This document shows positions 13,799 to 27,059 of a stretch of DNA of 64,000 nt, in pieces; the first letter of the stretch is position 1, and each line of letters begins with the position of its first letter. Source of the DNA: Octopus vulgaris (taxonomy: Eukaryota). Made by a program: the position numbers and the translations under genes. The stretch is taken from contig OX597817.1 of the NCBI GenBank assembly GCA_951406725.2, positions 130,944,001-131,008,000 on the forward strand. The letters are read 5' to 3'. The notes below the pieces were generated by a model. That model saw only the letters and a list, made by a program, of their open reading frames with translations, did no database searches and was not told the DNA's origin.

Positions 13799-13939
13799 TT
13801 CAGTTGAGTATGGTACTTAATTTAAAGGCACCAAAATTTAGTATGGTATTATCGATATAGTTCAAAATGGGGAGATTATAATCAAAATAAGCAACAAGGA
13901 TATCCAGAGGAAATGCATTTCCTCTGGATATCCTTGTTG

Positions 13940-14011
<72 letters not shown>

Positions 14012-14499
14012 TGTGTGTGCGTGTGTGTATGTAACAATATAAATAATATATGTAACAAGCATGTAACAATATAAATAATATATATATACATGCATATATA
14101 CATACGTATATGTACATACATGTTTACGTATATGCATATGTGGGCACAGGACGACACAAAACATAAACAAGAAATAATACGAAGTGCGAGGACATTGAAT
14201 AAGGGCTATTTTTGCAAGCAACGAAAGAAACAAATGGAAAATTAGACAATCAACACAGGGAATGAGCCTTCATAAGTTCTCGGGCTTTTTTCTAGTCCGT
14301 ATTTCGAGGAATTCATAATATGATACGCCATATGTTTTATTCATAGTATAATATGATTGAACGCCATGCATCCACTTCCAAGTGAGTTTATATATTTACA
14401 TAATATTAAGGTCTCTTTCTTTCTTTTGTTACCTTACCGTTTTTACCAATATATATATATTTCTCTAGTTTCAGCTCAGAGCTGTGACCATGCTGATGC

Positions 14500-16575
14500 T
14501 CTGCCGTTTTGCTACAGTGTTATTACTAAGAGCCTCCTCTAATATGTGGCACTTGGTGAAGGATGGAGTTTGATATCGCTACCCTCATTTATACCTCTTG
14601 CCGTGAGGTAGGTTCATCTGGGACTCTCGACAGGAAGAGGTCCAGCTTTGATTTAAAAACCCCTACATCTACTTTGTGCAAGTTCCTCAGGCTCTTTGGG
14701 AGAATATTAAAAAGCTGTGGGCCCTTGAAACCCAGGTTTTTGCAGTAGCTGGTCCTGAAGCGTGATGGCAAAGCTGGGACCTTTGGCACTATGCAGTGTC
14801 GTCCCGTTCTGGCATTGGTGTAGCTTTCAATGCCAAAATTTGGCACAATTCCTTCCAGGATCTTCCAAATATATATTACTGCATACCTCTCCCGTCTTCT
14901 TTCCAGGGAATAGAGTGTTAACTGTTTCAACCTTTCCCAGTAGCTGAGCTGTTGCAAAGAGACGATCTTCTTTGTGAATTTTCTCTGGATTGCTTCAAGG
15001 ACCGCTGTTAATATCACACTGTTGGGTGACCAGAGCTGGGAGCAGTAATCCAAGCGGCTGAGGACGAATGTCTGCCAGAGGACCATCATAGTTTCCTTAT
15101 CTCTGGTTCTGAATGTTCTTAGGATCCATCCAGCCAGTCATCTGCACTTTGTCGCCATCCTGGTAATGTGCACTTGGAAAGAGGCATCATCACTCATGTC
15201 GATACTCAGGTCCCCCACTGACTTAGGCTCTGGGATTGAAATTCCCTGTGGACCGGTGTACCCTGTAAGTTTCATATTCAGTTTTGGATTCTGGTAGCGT
15301 AGTGTTTGGAATCTTTCAGCATTAAACTGTATATTATTATCGTCAGCGCATCTGTTAAGACAGTGCCCTGTGGAACACCGCTCACTATTTGTGTGTTCAT
15401 AGTGGTGGCTATCCATTAGCCACTACTGCCTAGAGGGCCACTATAAAAAGCAGTGGTCCCAAGACAGTGCCCTGTGGAACACCGCTCACTATTTGTGTGT
15501 TCATAGTGGTGGCTCCATTAGCCACTACTGCCTAACTCCTATCTTTCAGAAAGTCACGTAACCACTCCAGCTATGCCAAGGTCACGCAGTTTGTGGCATA
15601 TCATACCATGATCCACCTTGTCAAAAGCTTTTCCAACATCAAGGTATATAACGTCCACATTTGATTTGTTGAGTAACTGCCTCAACACCCAGTCATAATA
15701 TTGTAAGAGCTGGGTCAGCCATCTCCTACATGGTCGAAAACCATGCTGGGTATCACTCAGCAAGTTATTTTCTTCAAGGAATGCGATTAGTTTCCCTCTG
15801 ACTATCCGTTCCATGACTTTGCTGATGCGTGAAGTCAGAGAGATAGGCCTATAGTTTTTGGCATCTGCTCTACTTTCCCCTTTATGTATTGGGTATATTA
15901 TTCTTTCCTTCAGCTTGCTTGGCAGTTTACCATTTGTAAGAAAGCTATGGAGGAGAATCTGGAGGGGTTTTGCCAGAGAATCTTTACAGGATTTGAAGGG
16001 GATTGCTGGGAAACCATCAGGACTAGCAGTTGAGTTTGTGTTCACTTCCTCTATGGCTAGTAGTATATCTTCTTCGCTAATATTCATATATTCCATTGTA
16101 ACTGCCACGCTGGTTATAGCTGAGGCGGCAAAGAAGTCCACTGGTTCGTTCATTTGTCTGTGTTCCAACGGGGTGATAAAGACACTTTTTAAGTGGTCAT
16201 TCAGTATATCACTGATCTTAGTTGGGCCGTCTGTGAGGGAGCCATCCTTTTGGAGGAGGGTTCCTATCTTTTAGTGTACTGAGGCTGTTTCTTTCGCGTA
16301 ATGAAAGAAGGCCTTTGGGTTTGACTTAGTGCTTTTTATAACCCAGGCTTCTTTGTCTGCCTTCTCCCTCACATAGGATTGTTGCAGCCTTTTTTCGATC
16401 TCCATCAGTGTTATTTTTAGGCGGGATGTTTCGCTACTTTTGGGATGCTGGTTGAGTCGATTTGCAACCTTCGTCCTTCGTCTCATGAGGATCTTCCTCT
16501 CCCTTGGAATCTTGCCCCTATTTATTATGGCCTTGTGCTCCGGGACATGTCAATGTCTGGTGTGTAGAGACATTT
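14500..16575 (-). mobile_element. CR1/L2-group LINE, decayed ORF2
   Basis: NYRPISLTS, QHGFRP, YLDVGKAFDKVDH, RLDYCSQLW, YSLERRRER. Internal ~72-bp duplication at 15359-15533. Confidence 0.88.
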
Positions 16576-16578
16576 CGG

Positions 16579-16638
<60 letters not shown>

Positions 16639-16640
16639 TA

Positions 16641-16888
16641 CTCTTTACTCTTTAACTTGTTTCAGTCATTTGAGTGTGGCCATGCTGGAGTACCAGCTTT
16701 AGTCGAGCAAATCGACTCCTAGACTTATTCTTTGTAAGCCTAGTACTTATTCTGTCGGTCTCATTTGCCGAATCGCTAGGTAACGGGGACGTAAACACAC
16801 CAGCATCGGTTGTCACGCGATGTTGGGGGACAAACTCAGACACACAAACATACACACAAACACACACATACATATACACATACATATA

Positions 16889-16958
<70 letters not shown>

Positions 16959-17126
16959 TACGACGAGCTTCTTTCAGTTTCCTTCTACCAAAGCCACTCA
17001 CAATGGTTTGGTCGCCTGAGGTTATAGTAAGAAGATACTTCCCCAAGGTGCACTCGCAGTGGGATTGAACCAGGAACCATGTGGTTTGTAAGAAAGATAC
17101 TTACCACACAGCCACTTCTACGCCTA
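16641..17126 (-). mobile_element. tRNA-derived SINE with internal (TA)n
   Basis: Reverse complement of the family at 7968. Confidence 0.75.
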
Positions 17127-17150
17127 TAAATATATATATACATATATATA

Positions 17151-18346
17151 CAGTGGTTGGACAAAATAATGGAAACACTATGCATCATAGCATTATAATA
17201 CTGAAATATCTATAAAACCGTCAAAAGCTTGTTTACTTTTATGTTTTTCGATTTATTATTAGTGTTGCTCAATGTTTTGATAAAATTGCTGTTTCTTATC
17301 AGATATCTTCAGAAAAACGTAATTAGATTTCATTAAAATGACGGATCTAACGGTCAAATTGTTGGTGCTCGTATGGCAGATGCTATATAACGAAAACAGC
17401 CGAAATGTTTGATGTTTCAAGAAGCACTGTCTCAAAAGTAATGACAGCCTTTGAGAAAGAGCGAAAAACCTCCTCGCGAAAACAAAACTCCGGAAGAATA
17501 CCAAAACTTTCAGATAGGGACCGTTGGATTCTTACGCGAATTGTTAGAAAGGATCACAAAAGTACAGCTCCCAAAATTACTGCAGAGCTTAATGACCACC
17601 TCCAGAACGCAGCTTCCACAGCCGGAAGCTGCACAATGCCGGATTTCACGGGAGGGCTGCAATCAGAAAACCATTACAGAAATGGTCCCTAGAGCCTCGG
17701 AAGAATGTTATTTTCTCGGACGAGTCATCCTTTACCTTATTTCCGACCACCAACCGTGTAAACGTGTGGAGTCAGTAAAAAGAAGCATTTGACCCAGTCT
17801 GCCTTCTTCCAACTGTTAAACATGGAGGAGGATTGTGATGATCTGGGGAGTGAATGCTATATCTTGGAAATCCGCCAGCCCAATGGTTTCCCTTCACAGC
17901 AGAATTAATAGTCAAGACTATTTAAGCATTTTATCTGATCAAATTCATCCTATTGTTGCGGTTTTTTTCCGGAGAGAAACGCAATCTTTCAGGATGATAA
18001 TGCATCAATTCACACAGCTAAAGTTGTTACTGAATAGCACGAGGAACATTCTAATGAAGTTGATCTTATTATCTGGCCACCACAGTCCCCAGATCTCAAT
18101 ATTATTGAACATTTATGGTGCATTTTAGAAAAACTAGTAAGGATTCGATATCCTCTACTACACTACAAGAACTAGAGACTGTTTTAACTGAAGAATGGAC
18201 AAACATTACTTTGGAAGCAATTCAAACTGTGTATAAGTCCATACCTCGTAGAATTCAAGCTGTAATTACTACCAAAGGCGGTCCTACCCCATATTAAAAT
18301 AAATATGTTTGACATTTTAAGGTGTTTCTATTATTTTGTCCAAGTC

Positions 18347-18349
<3 letters not shown>
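17151..18349 (+). mobile_element. Tc1-family DNA transposon, full-length, inactivated
   Basis: TIRs cagtggttggacaaaataatggaaacac / gtgtttctattattttgtccaagtcctg with TA TSDs. HTH (FDVSRSTVSKV...GRIPKLSDRD), FQDDN and WPPQSPDLNIIEHLW motifs across frameshifts. Confidence 0.92.
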
Positions 18350-18381
<32 letters not shown>

Positions 18382-18678
18382 TGCTATATCCTAAGAGGAT
18401 TTACACAAAGCTTTAATGTTTTCTTACCCTCCTTTATTTCAATTGTTATTTATTGTTATAGTATTCGTCATTATGATATCCGCTTTTCATTACTACACTG
18501 TCACCACCACCTCCACCACGACCACCATTGCTGCTGCGAAGAAATTACACAATGTGTATGTTTTTGTGTGTGTTTGTGTGTGAGTGTGTGTGTGTGTGTA
18601 CGTATGTACGTATATCAACAGGAAATTGAATATTCTTCGGTATACACACACGCACGCACATACACACATACGCACACC

Positions 18679-18737
<59 letters not shown>

Positions 18738-18837
18738 CGACTCAAAAGCAGAGATTTCACATTTCGCTTTTCCTTCGACAGGTATACACCAAGCACAACA
18801 TTTCTCTGTTGAAGAAGATACTACAACCGCCAACAAA

Positions 18838-18996
18838 ATGATTTCTGCTTCAAAACTACGAGATTCTCTTGCCAAATTCCACCAGAAACTCGGCACCCCT
18901 CTGATTCTGGTCGGTGTGATGTTTGTTATGATGGCTGTAACTTACTTCCATCAGACTTCACGTATATCAGAGTTAGAGAAAAGAGCCATTCAACAG
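18838..18996 (+). CDS. Coding exon 1 of short-chain collagen C4-like domain protein (N-terminal tail + hydrophobic signal anchor)
   Basis: Acceptor tttcgcttttccttcgacag ends at 18781. ATG at 18838 gives MISASKLRDSLAKFHQKLGTPLILVGVMFVMMAVTYFHQTSRISELEKRAIQQ. Donor CAG|GTAAGA at 18997, phase 0. Confidence 0.8.
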
Positions 18997-19186
18997 GTAA
19001 GATTATTTGCTTTATACGTACTCTACGTGGAATTATCAAAGGTAGGATGGGGTTTATGCAATCTGTGAACAGAATTATTGATTGATAGGATGTGAACTGA
19101 ACATTAAGAATACTTAACAAATACGTTTGATTTGATATTGTGGGAGCACAAATCACTATAATATATCCGAGGCAACCAGAATAGAT

Positions 19187-19700
19187 CAAGGCTAATCAAT
19201 TTTTTTACGGTGGGTCAGGTAACTGAGAGAATGACGAGCACGGACCACATAACCATTTTGTTTAATACAAAACAGTGAATACGCAAAAAATAGAGACAAT
19301 GAACATATTTACCAACAAGTTATCAAAGGCGATGTTAAGCAATAAGATAGTTATATCACATCCAGTGCGCACATATCCGAATTTCACAAACTAAGAGCAA
19401 AATAGATTGGTGAGATTTGTGAAATTGGTGTTTAGCTTTCAAGATAACATCAATATTTACTTTGGAATTGCGGCATCCAACCAAGAATATTGATTTCAAA
19501 TGTTCTTTAGTCAACCTCGTTTGATGTGCTGACTTCACATGTTTCATTTTTTAGAATGTTTGCTCACAGACATAAGTTGTTCCAAAAACTGATGCCAAAT
19601 CAGAGCCAAATGAATTCTCATTGCAGGTACTTACACAAAAGGTATAAGGCGGCGCGAGCCGGATGAACTGACCTCGCGAGCCGTAGTTTGGTGACCCCTG
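19187..19700 (-). mobile_element. Non-autonomous hAT (SPIN/Charlie-like) element
   Basis: C-terminal dimerisation relic FGTTYVCEQTF..MKHVKS..TRLT. Terminus caggggtcaccaaac. Imperfect 8-bp TSD gaatagat/cgatagat. Confidence 0.7.
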
Positions 19701-20999
19701 CGATAGATGTTGATGCATTTATGGATTTTTTACAACTACCAATAATCTATACACCTACTAGCACTAACACCAAGTATAATGATTTTAATCCCACACACGA
19801 ACAATAATCTGTAGACTCAGCCATCTTCACTAAATCCACGAATGGTAATCTCGTCCCGAGGTTTTGATTAGGAATTTGTCTGCTTGTATTATTACTATTC
19901 CCCAAGAACCTATTACCATTGGAATTGTTTTTCTTTGTTTTTAATTGTTGGACTCCTTGAAAATAAATTTTGCTCGGGTTTTGTATTTATTTTTGTTATT
20001 AATTTCCATTATTCTATATAATATAGATTATGAACATCTTATAATAGACTTCTGGCTGTGTTAGATTCCCACTCCTCTGCATTAACGATAAATATAATAA
20101 TTGTGTGATAGGTTATGACTGATGCATTCTAAATGCAGTCATTACTTTTTCCCTTTAATTGTTGGAAATTTTCCCTTTAATAGTTGGAAATTCGGCAGAA
20201 ATTACTTTAATCATGCTGCAAACACAGGTGGGGGTACAGTATTAATTTATAAGCCTTTAATACACGTGGTAGATTATTCTGGTTGCTTAAGGAAATGCGG
20301 CGTCCATACCAGCAATTAATATGTACGTACCAGTTGCCAGAGTGTGTTTATTATGTGAGATTGTTCCATCCAATTGTGCTACACTGTTATATCTGGTGGC
20401 TATTTAAGCAAAATGTTCCAAAATGGCTAACAGCTTGGATGTGGTGTTAAACAAGGAGCAATAACGCCTGGAATTATGCATATACACACATTACTTTGTT
20501 TACATAGACCTATTTGTATAAGAGACGTCGTTACTTTCAATGTGGGCTCTAATTTCTACAGAAAATCTTTAAAAATAACTTTAAAAGTATTTTCCCCTGT
20601 TTAGTCTTGCTGACCACATGGAACAGCGCCCTGTGACTCCTATATAATGCGCAACCGTAGCCCTAAAGGCGTAAATTATGGGACGACTTAGTTGAGAAAA
20701 AATTTAGTCTTGCTCGGATGTTCAGTGTTTTGCTGAGATTAAAACTGGTTTATATATATATATATATATAACTAATGTAGGATAACATTTTTTCGGGAAA
20801 AAAATTTCATCAATGGCCTGCATATCAAAAAATACCTTTAAAGGTTAAATTTATAAATAATGTACAATATAAGGGCAAAAGAAAATTCTAATGCCAAAAT
20901 TCTAATGGTTAATTGACAATTTTTGTCTTTTTTTCGGCATATTTGGCATTAGAATTTTTCTTTTGCCCTTTATTGTAAATTATATATATATATGTAAAT

Positions 21000-21055
<56 letters not shown>

Positions 21056-21606
21056 TATTATAAAAGGCAGCTTTTATCTGCCTCCCTTTGGGAGTTATAC
21101 AAATCTACAATATAGGATTTCTTCAATTACAATTTACCTAGCATTTTTGAGAGTACAATGCATCGCGTCATGCCAGGTACAGTTTTTAAAATTTAAACTC
21201 CAATTAAGCAAAATTTACAGAAAACTCACATTCTGGTGTGTGTGTCAAATGCTTTTCTTAGTCTGGTTTACACCACACGCAAACGCACACACACAGTGGG
21301 CAACGAATAAAATGAAAGTAAATAGCGACAGAGTGATTTGAGGAAGACTAAAGTGAAAGTATTCTGTCTATGACGCTGATAGATACATGAGTAAAATGTA
21401 TGGGAAGCTAAGAGCTAAGAGTGAGTGAAAATGTTCTTGGAAGAGAGTAATTAGTAATAAAGTAAACATACACTCATACATACATACATACATACATACA
21501 TACATACATACATACATACATACATACATACACACACACATACACACACATACATACACACACACATACATACACACATACATACATACATACATACATA
21601 CATACA

Positions 21607-21638
<32 letters not shown>

Positions 21639-21781
21639 CATACACACACACACACACATACACACACACACACAGTATTGAAGCTTGAGAACAATCAGAT
21701 ACATTTGCAACACATCTGTTGAAAATATTATTGTTCACACACATACATATACATATATACATACATACAGACAGACAGATA

Positions 21782-21819
<38 letters not shown>

Positions 21820-21869
21820 TGATCCAGCATGGCCACAACCTCAAGGCTGAAACATATAAAAGAATAACA

Positions 21870-22235
21870 GAATATAAATGTGTGCAAAGTACAAGAAATA
21901 TTAATGCAGTATATGGGGATTGGACAATAAGCGTAAGGCAGTGTCAATGGTGGTTCCAGAAATCCCGAGCCATAAACTACAGCCTAGAAGACGAGCCTCA
22001 TCCTGAAAGATCTGTAGAACTCGACAAGGACATCCTGAAAACCCTGGTGGAACAAAATATCATCGTAACTGTTGAGGAACTAGCAGAGAAGCTTGGATTT
22101 GGTCATTCAACCATTCATTGACACCTGTGTGCTATCGGAAAAGTCAGCAAATTGGGTCAATGGGTTCCTCACGAACTTTCCGAGTCTAATTGCATGCAGA
22201 GAGTGAATGTATGCTTTTCTTTGCTGTCATATCTC
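21870..22235 (+). mobile_element. mariner transposase N-terminal fragment
   Basis: RNINAVYGD..ISVRQCQWWF..SLEDEPH...EELAEKL...KLGQWVPHEL. Confidence 0.85.
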
Positions 22236-22257
22236 ACCACTACTGCGCTATGTATAT

Positions 22258-22881
22258 CTATATATATAAAACTGTAGTTGTGTGAGTGTCTGTCCCCTTC
22301 CATTTAGATTCCTAACTACTCCCACATTTTGCGGTACAGTTTAACCAAATTCGGGTAGCTTATAGTCGTGATTCATATCGAGCCTGTCTGAATATTAGCG
22401 CGCATCTACGATGAGTCTACGATTTTAAAAATAATTTAACATCATTTTTTATTCCATTTTAATGCATAATTTTTCGTGTGTCGATGGCGGCGGAGTTGGC
22501 GTCCACGCTCACACCTGCACCTGTGGGGAAGGGAGTGTAAGGAAATCAACGTCGTAATGCGTTGTCAAGGAGACCAGTGTTCTTTTAGAACAACGACTTC
22601 ATGGCTTGAAGACACCAAAACAGAAATGGCTAAGAAAGCGTCTACATGAGTCTACGATTGAAAAAAAAATTTACCATCGTTTTTTTTCCATTTTAATGCA
22701 TTTTTTCGCTATTATATAAGGGAAGTAACTCTCTAAAAATGTCTACGATGAGTCAACGATTTAAAAAAAAATTTACCATCATATTTTTTCCATTTTTAAT
22801 GCATTTTTTGCTATTTTTTGGCTATAACTCTCTAAAAATGCTTATATATTTATTTCCCTTACAAACCCGAGCAACGCCGGG

Positions 22882-22886
<5 letters not shown>
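22258..22886 (+). mobile_element. Non-autonomous Helitron-like element
   Basis: 5' tctatatatataaaact; 3' GC hairpin cccgagcaacgccggg; internal repeats of tctacgatgagtc. Confidence 0.55.
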
Positions 22887-22935
<49 letters not shown>

Positions 22936-23153
22936 GATAATAAAGGGCAAAAGAAAAATTCTAATGCCAAATATGCCGAAAAAAAGACAAAAATTGTCAA
23001 TTAACCATTAGAATTTTGGCATTACAATTTTCTTTTGCCCTTTATTGTAAATTATTTATAAATTTAACCTTTAAAGGTATTTTTTGATATGCAGGCCATT
23101 GATGAAATTATATATATATGCAGGCCATTGATGAAATTATATATATATAAAAT

Positions 23154-23188
<35 letters not shown>

Positions 23189-23267
23189 GCGTGCATGTGT
23201 GTATACACAAACACACACACACAACATGCATATCTGATATTGAAATACGTTTTCTATGTAATTTCAG

Positions 23268-23295
23268 ACTACACCTCCACCTACACCAAGAGTCG
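23268..23295 (+). CDS. Coding exon 2: 28-nt micro-exon (TTPPPTPRV)
   Basis: Acceptor ttttctatgtaatttcag, donor G|GTATGT. Its phase 0 to phase 1 change exactly bridges exon 1 and exon 3. Confidence 0.72.
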
Positions 23296-23365
23296 GTATG
23301 TTTTGCATTTTAATGGCTATTATATTCACACCTGTCTTGATTTGTACACGTATTATAAACTGTTT

Positions 23366-23411
<46 letters not shown>

Positions 23412-24254
23412 ATTCTTCATATTTTCTTCGCAGAGAGGAAATTAAAGAAATGGCTATTTCTTGTTTTGTTGCTTACTCTTCAGAGGGAAAGTAAATCTTC
23501 CCTGCAAATACTGCTTGGCCATAACATTTTATGAGTCGTCGCTCACTTCCTACTTGGTCCTGGAACATCCCATAACTTCCCCAAGCATTCTCTTAATTCC
23601 AGTCCCTTCTGGATCATAGTCGTTTCAGTCTTCTCTATATCCAGCCTGGACTCTTCGAATGTTATTGCTTCCGTTGAAACACCTGTCTCTTTCTCTCCAA
23701 ACCACTCATCTACCCAGCCCCAACTCTTCCTTCCATATCACTTACCTCTTCCCCTGTGCTACAAACAACGTTACATACCACACGTAGTACAAAGTAGTCT
23801 GCGTTGTAGTATGCAGTGTCTATTTGGAGATTGGCACACTGTTTTGAAGAGAATCTTTCGAACGTCTGACACAACTTTAAATAGTATCTCAACATTTCTA
23901 ATCTGTCCGTACACATAGCTGCACACACACACCTATATACATATACAAACATGCATACATACATACATACATACATACATACATACATACATACATACAT
24001 ACATACATACATACATACATACATACAACATACATATATATATATATGTATATATATAGTTATAGAAATGGTAAAACAACGAAAGAATGAAAGAGACCTC
24101 GATATTTTGTAAATTGAGGAATTTATCTGTAAATATAAGGTGACAATTATTCGGTAGTAGCCATGATAAAACTCCGAGTTTCGGATGGCCGCGTGGGTTA
24201 CCACCCCAACATCCGAGATTCGGAGTTTCATGTTGGCTACCGAATAATTGTCAC

Positions 24255-24295
<41 letters not shown>

Positions 24296-24481
24296 CAAAT
24301 AAGAAAATGTAGAAACAATTTAGTTGGTTCATCAGCTTTCGGATATTAGAATGTTGATTTATTTATTAATTTAACAAAAACGAGAACCTTAATAACATAC
24401 ATACATTATAATTCAATACATATAAGAGAAGAATGCAATTATAAAAATCTTAATATAAATTATTGAAATCATTAAAATCAC

Positions 24482-24603
24482 TCTTACAGCTGTTTCAGCC
24501 TATGGAAAAAGTAGTTTTTCAGTGCCTACACTTGTCAATTATATTAAGGTTGTAGGCATTTAAAAATAGGGTACTTATATATAACCATAGGCCTCGTCAG
24601 AGA
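24482..24603 (-). ncRNA. Type I hammerhead ribozyme motif with 9-bp stem II and large loop
   Basis: tct-CTGACGA-ggcctatgg...ccataggct-GAAA-cagctg-TA-aga. Palindromic stem III and a GUA triplet. Confidence 0.65.
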
Positions 24604-27059
24604 TTATAAAGAACTTTAAAAATATAAATACATGAAACAGGATACACATACAATTTAATATATAAATATAAACAAATATCCATATACACATACACATATA
24701 TATATGCATACATAAGCAAAGTATATACACCTTTACATGTGTATAAATGCATAAATAAGCACAGTGAAACCATAGGTCCAAGCATATAGACCATTCGTCA
24801 TATATATATATATTCTCACTCTTCCCTCTTTGGCAGCCATGTATACAATGGATCACTGCAGAAATTAAATCTTCGGATATCTAGAATGTAGTGTTAGGTA
24901 CTGTAGCAGACCATTTAGTATTTAATTGTTTAGCATTAAAACTTGCTTCTATTTATAAAATATTCAGGTCATTTGGAACTAAGCATATAGAAAACATTTA
25001 CTGATGGCAACTTAGCGCTGCCACGCTCGAATTAATTCAGTATAAGAACTCAAAACAAAGAGGATCTAATTAATGATAAAAACAGAATGGAGTACGTAGA
25101 GTAAGAATACACATGGTAAGTACATGGGTTTCCCAGAAATTCCAGCATACTATCATGGGATAGTATGTTTTGATTACTGCTTTCTTTGTAGTTCTTGTTG
25201 AGCGCAAGTGACTGAGGTGTTATCTCCCAAAGACAAGGCAAAGAAGCTCGACGAATCACTGTCTTGTATTCTGCTGGCTTCACTTGGAGGATTATTATGC
25301 ACAAACATAAATTTATTTTTTGGATGGGATGCAAGTGAGATGCTAGATCCAGGAGGAAAGAGTGAGAGAAAGATATGGTGAAAGAGTCAGCAAATGTTTG
25401 TTATTACATTTTGCCGGAGCAGCTCATCTGAGATTTGAACCCGCGATCCCTCGACCGTGAGTTCGCTGCTTAACCCCTAGGCCTTGTAACTCTACATAAT
25501 TACCTCTATTAAGAATTAAAAATAGCTCAGAGTATTTTTGTCACTTAAAAAAATTCATTTTTAAAATTATTAATTATTAATTAGAAATTTAGAGATAAGT
25601 TATGTAAATTTATAGCAGTACATAATTAGTTATCAGAATAAATTGAATTATACAAAAATTAGTTATACCTTACAGTAAAATTCACAGTACAGTTTGCTTG
25701 AGTTATTGCCAAGGTTTCACATTTTTAGTCTTGACCAACTGCCTATTTTTTGCATATTGAATTTGCCTACCAAATATACTATTCTACTTTGCTTAAAACC
25801 TTAGCTATATTCGTACTTCTGACTTGTACTTCTGACTCATACTTCTTTTAGTATTCTAGTGTGTGAATATTTTAACAAAATGATGGTACCTTTTTTAATT
25901 ATAATGTTACTTTGAATATTAAATTCAAATAATTTTTAATATTCAAATTTTATCCTTAGCTGCAATATTTTAAGTAAATATTTTCTCGTTCTGTACTTTA
26001 CTAGATATAATGACTTGTCCTGTACTTTTCCAGGTTAATAATCTAAAGAATATAATTTCCTTTGCTCGCATGTAATCCATATTTTTCCAGGCTATACTAC
26101 TATGCTAATTAATAAAGTGTCAAATGAATCGATTAGCGTTGTCGTTGATAATTTTTTCCTGCCTTCAATGACGCCGGTGAGAGATAATAAAAGTCCCTTT
26201 ATAGAAATATATTCATAAAAAAAGTATAGAACAATATTATCACCCTCAAATTTGAGAAACAAACACCCATAACACTTTTCTTCTAAAACTTCATTGCATG
26301 AGATTGATACCATGAAATTCCTCACCAAATTGAAGCTCTATCATTTAAGCTTAATTGAAATATAGTTTGTTTTTAAAAGGAATAAAAGTTAATTATACTT
26401 AAATCCAATTTTTTGCCTTACTTAAATTTTCTTGCATGATATTTTACCTCACAATATTTAAATACAATGTTTTTGTTGCATGGGAACAAAACTATGAAAC
26501 CTTCCATGATCTCTTTCACCATTCAAGCTTTTACCATTCAAGCTTTTACCATTCTGCTTTTAAAATAAAAAGTTTAGATCTAAACTTGATTGGTGGCGTT
26601 ACTCTCCCATAATGTTACTACAAATCTTGATGTAAACTTTTTCTACTGAATTAAAGGTCATTTTTTTACTCCAACATATAGCTAGGGACCAGTCCTGTTG
26701 AAAAATATAAACATATTTTAGTTTGGTTAAGAACTGAATTAGCGACATGCTCTGAAAAAAGCTGCGCCAGAGTAAATTGCAGCCTTACGAGTATTGTTCA
26801 GCGACTACCGTACTTCAATGATACATACATACATACATACATACATACATACATACATACATACATACATACAAACATACATGCATGCATGCATGCATAC
26901 ATGCATACATACCCATAGTCACACATACACACATGGACACATTTCTTTGATCTCTGACTTGTTTTAGTCAACTGACTGCGGCCATGCTGGTGCACTGCCT
27001 TGATGAGTTTTTTTATTCGAATGGATCAATTCCAGTATATATATATATATAGAATTTTC

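Noticed and set aside
18322-19068. 248-aa ORF as a single gene
   Set aside because: The 5' part is a Tc1 TIR plus microsatellites; only 18782-18996 has splice signals and coding character.
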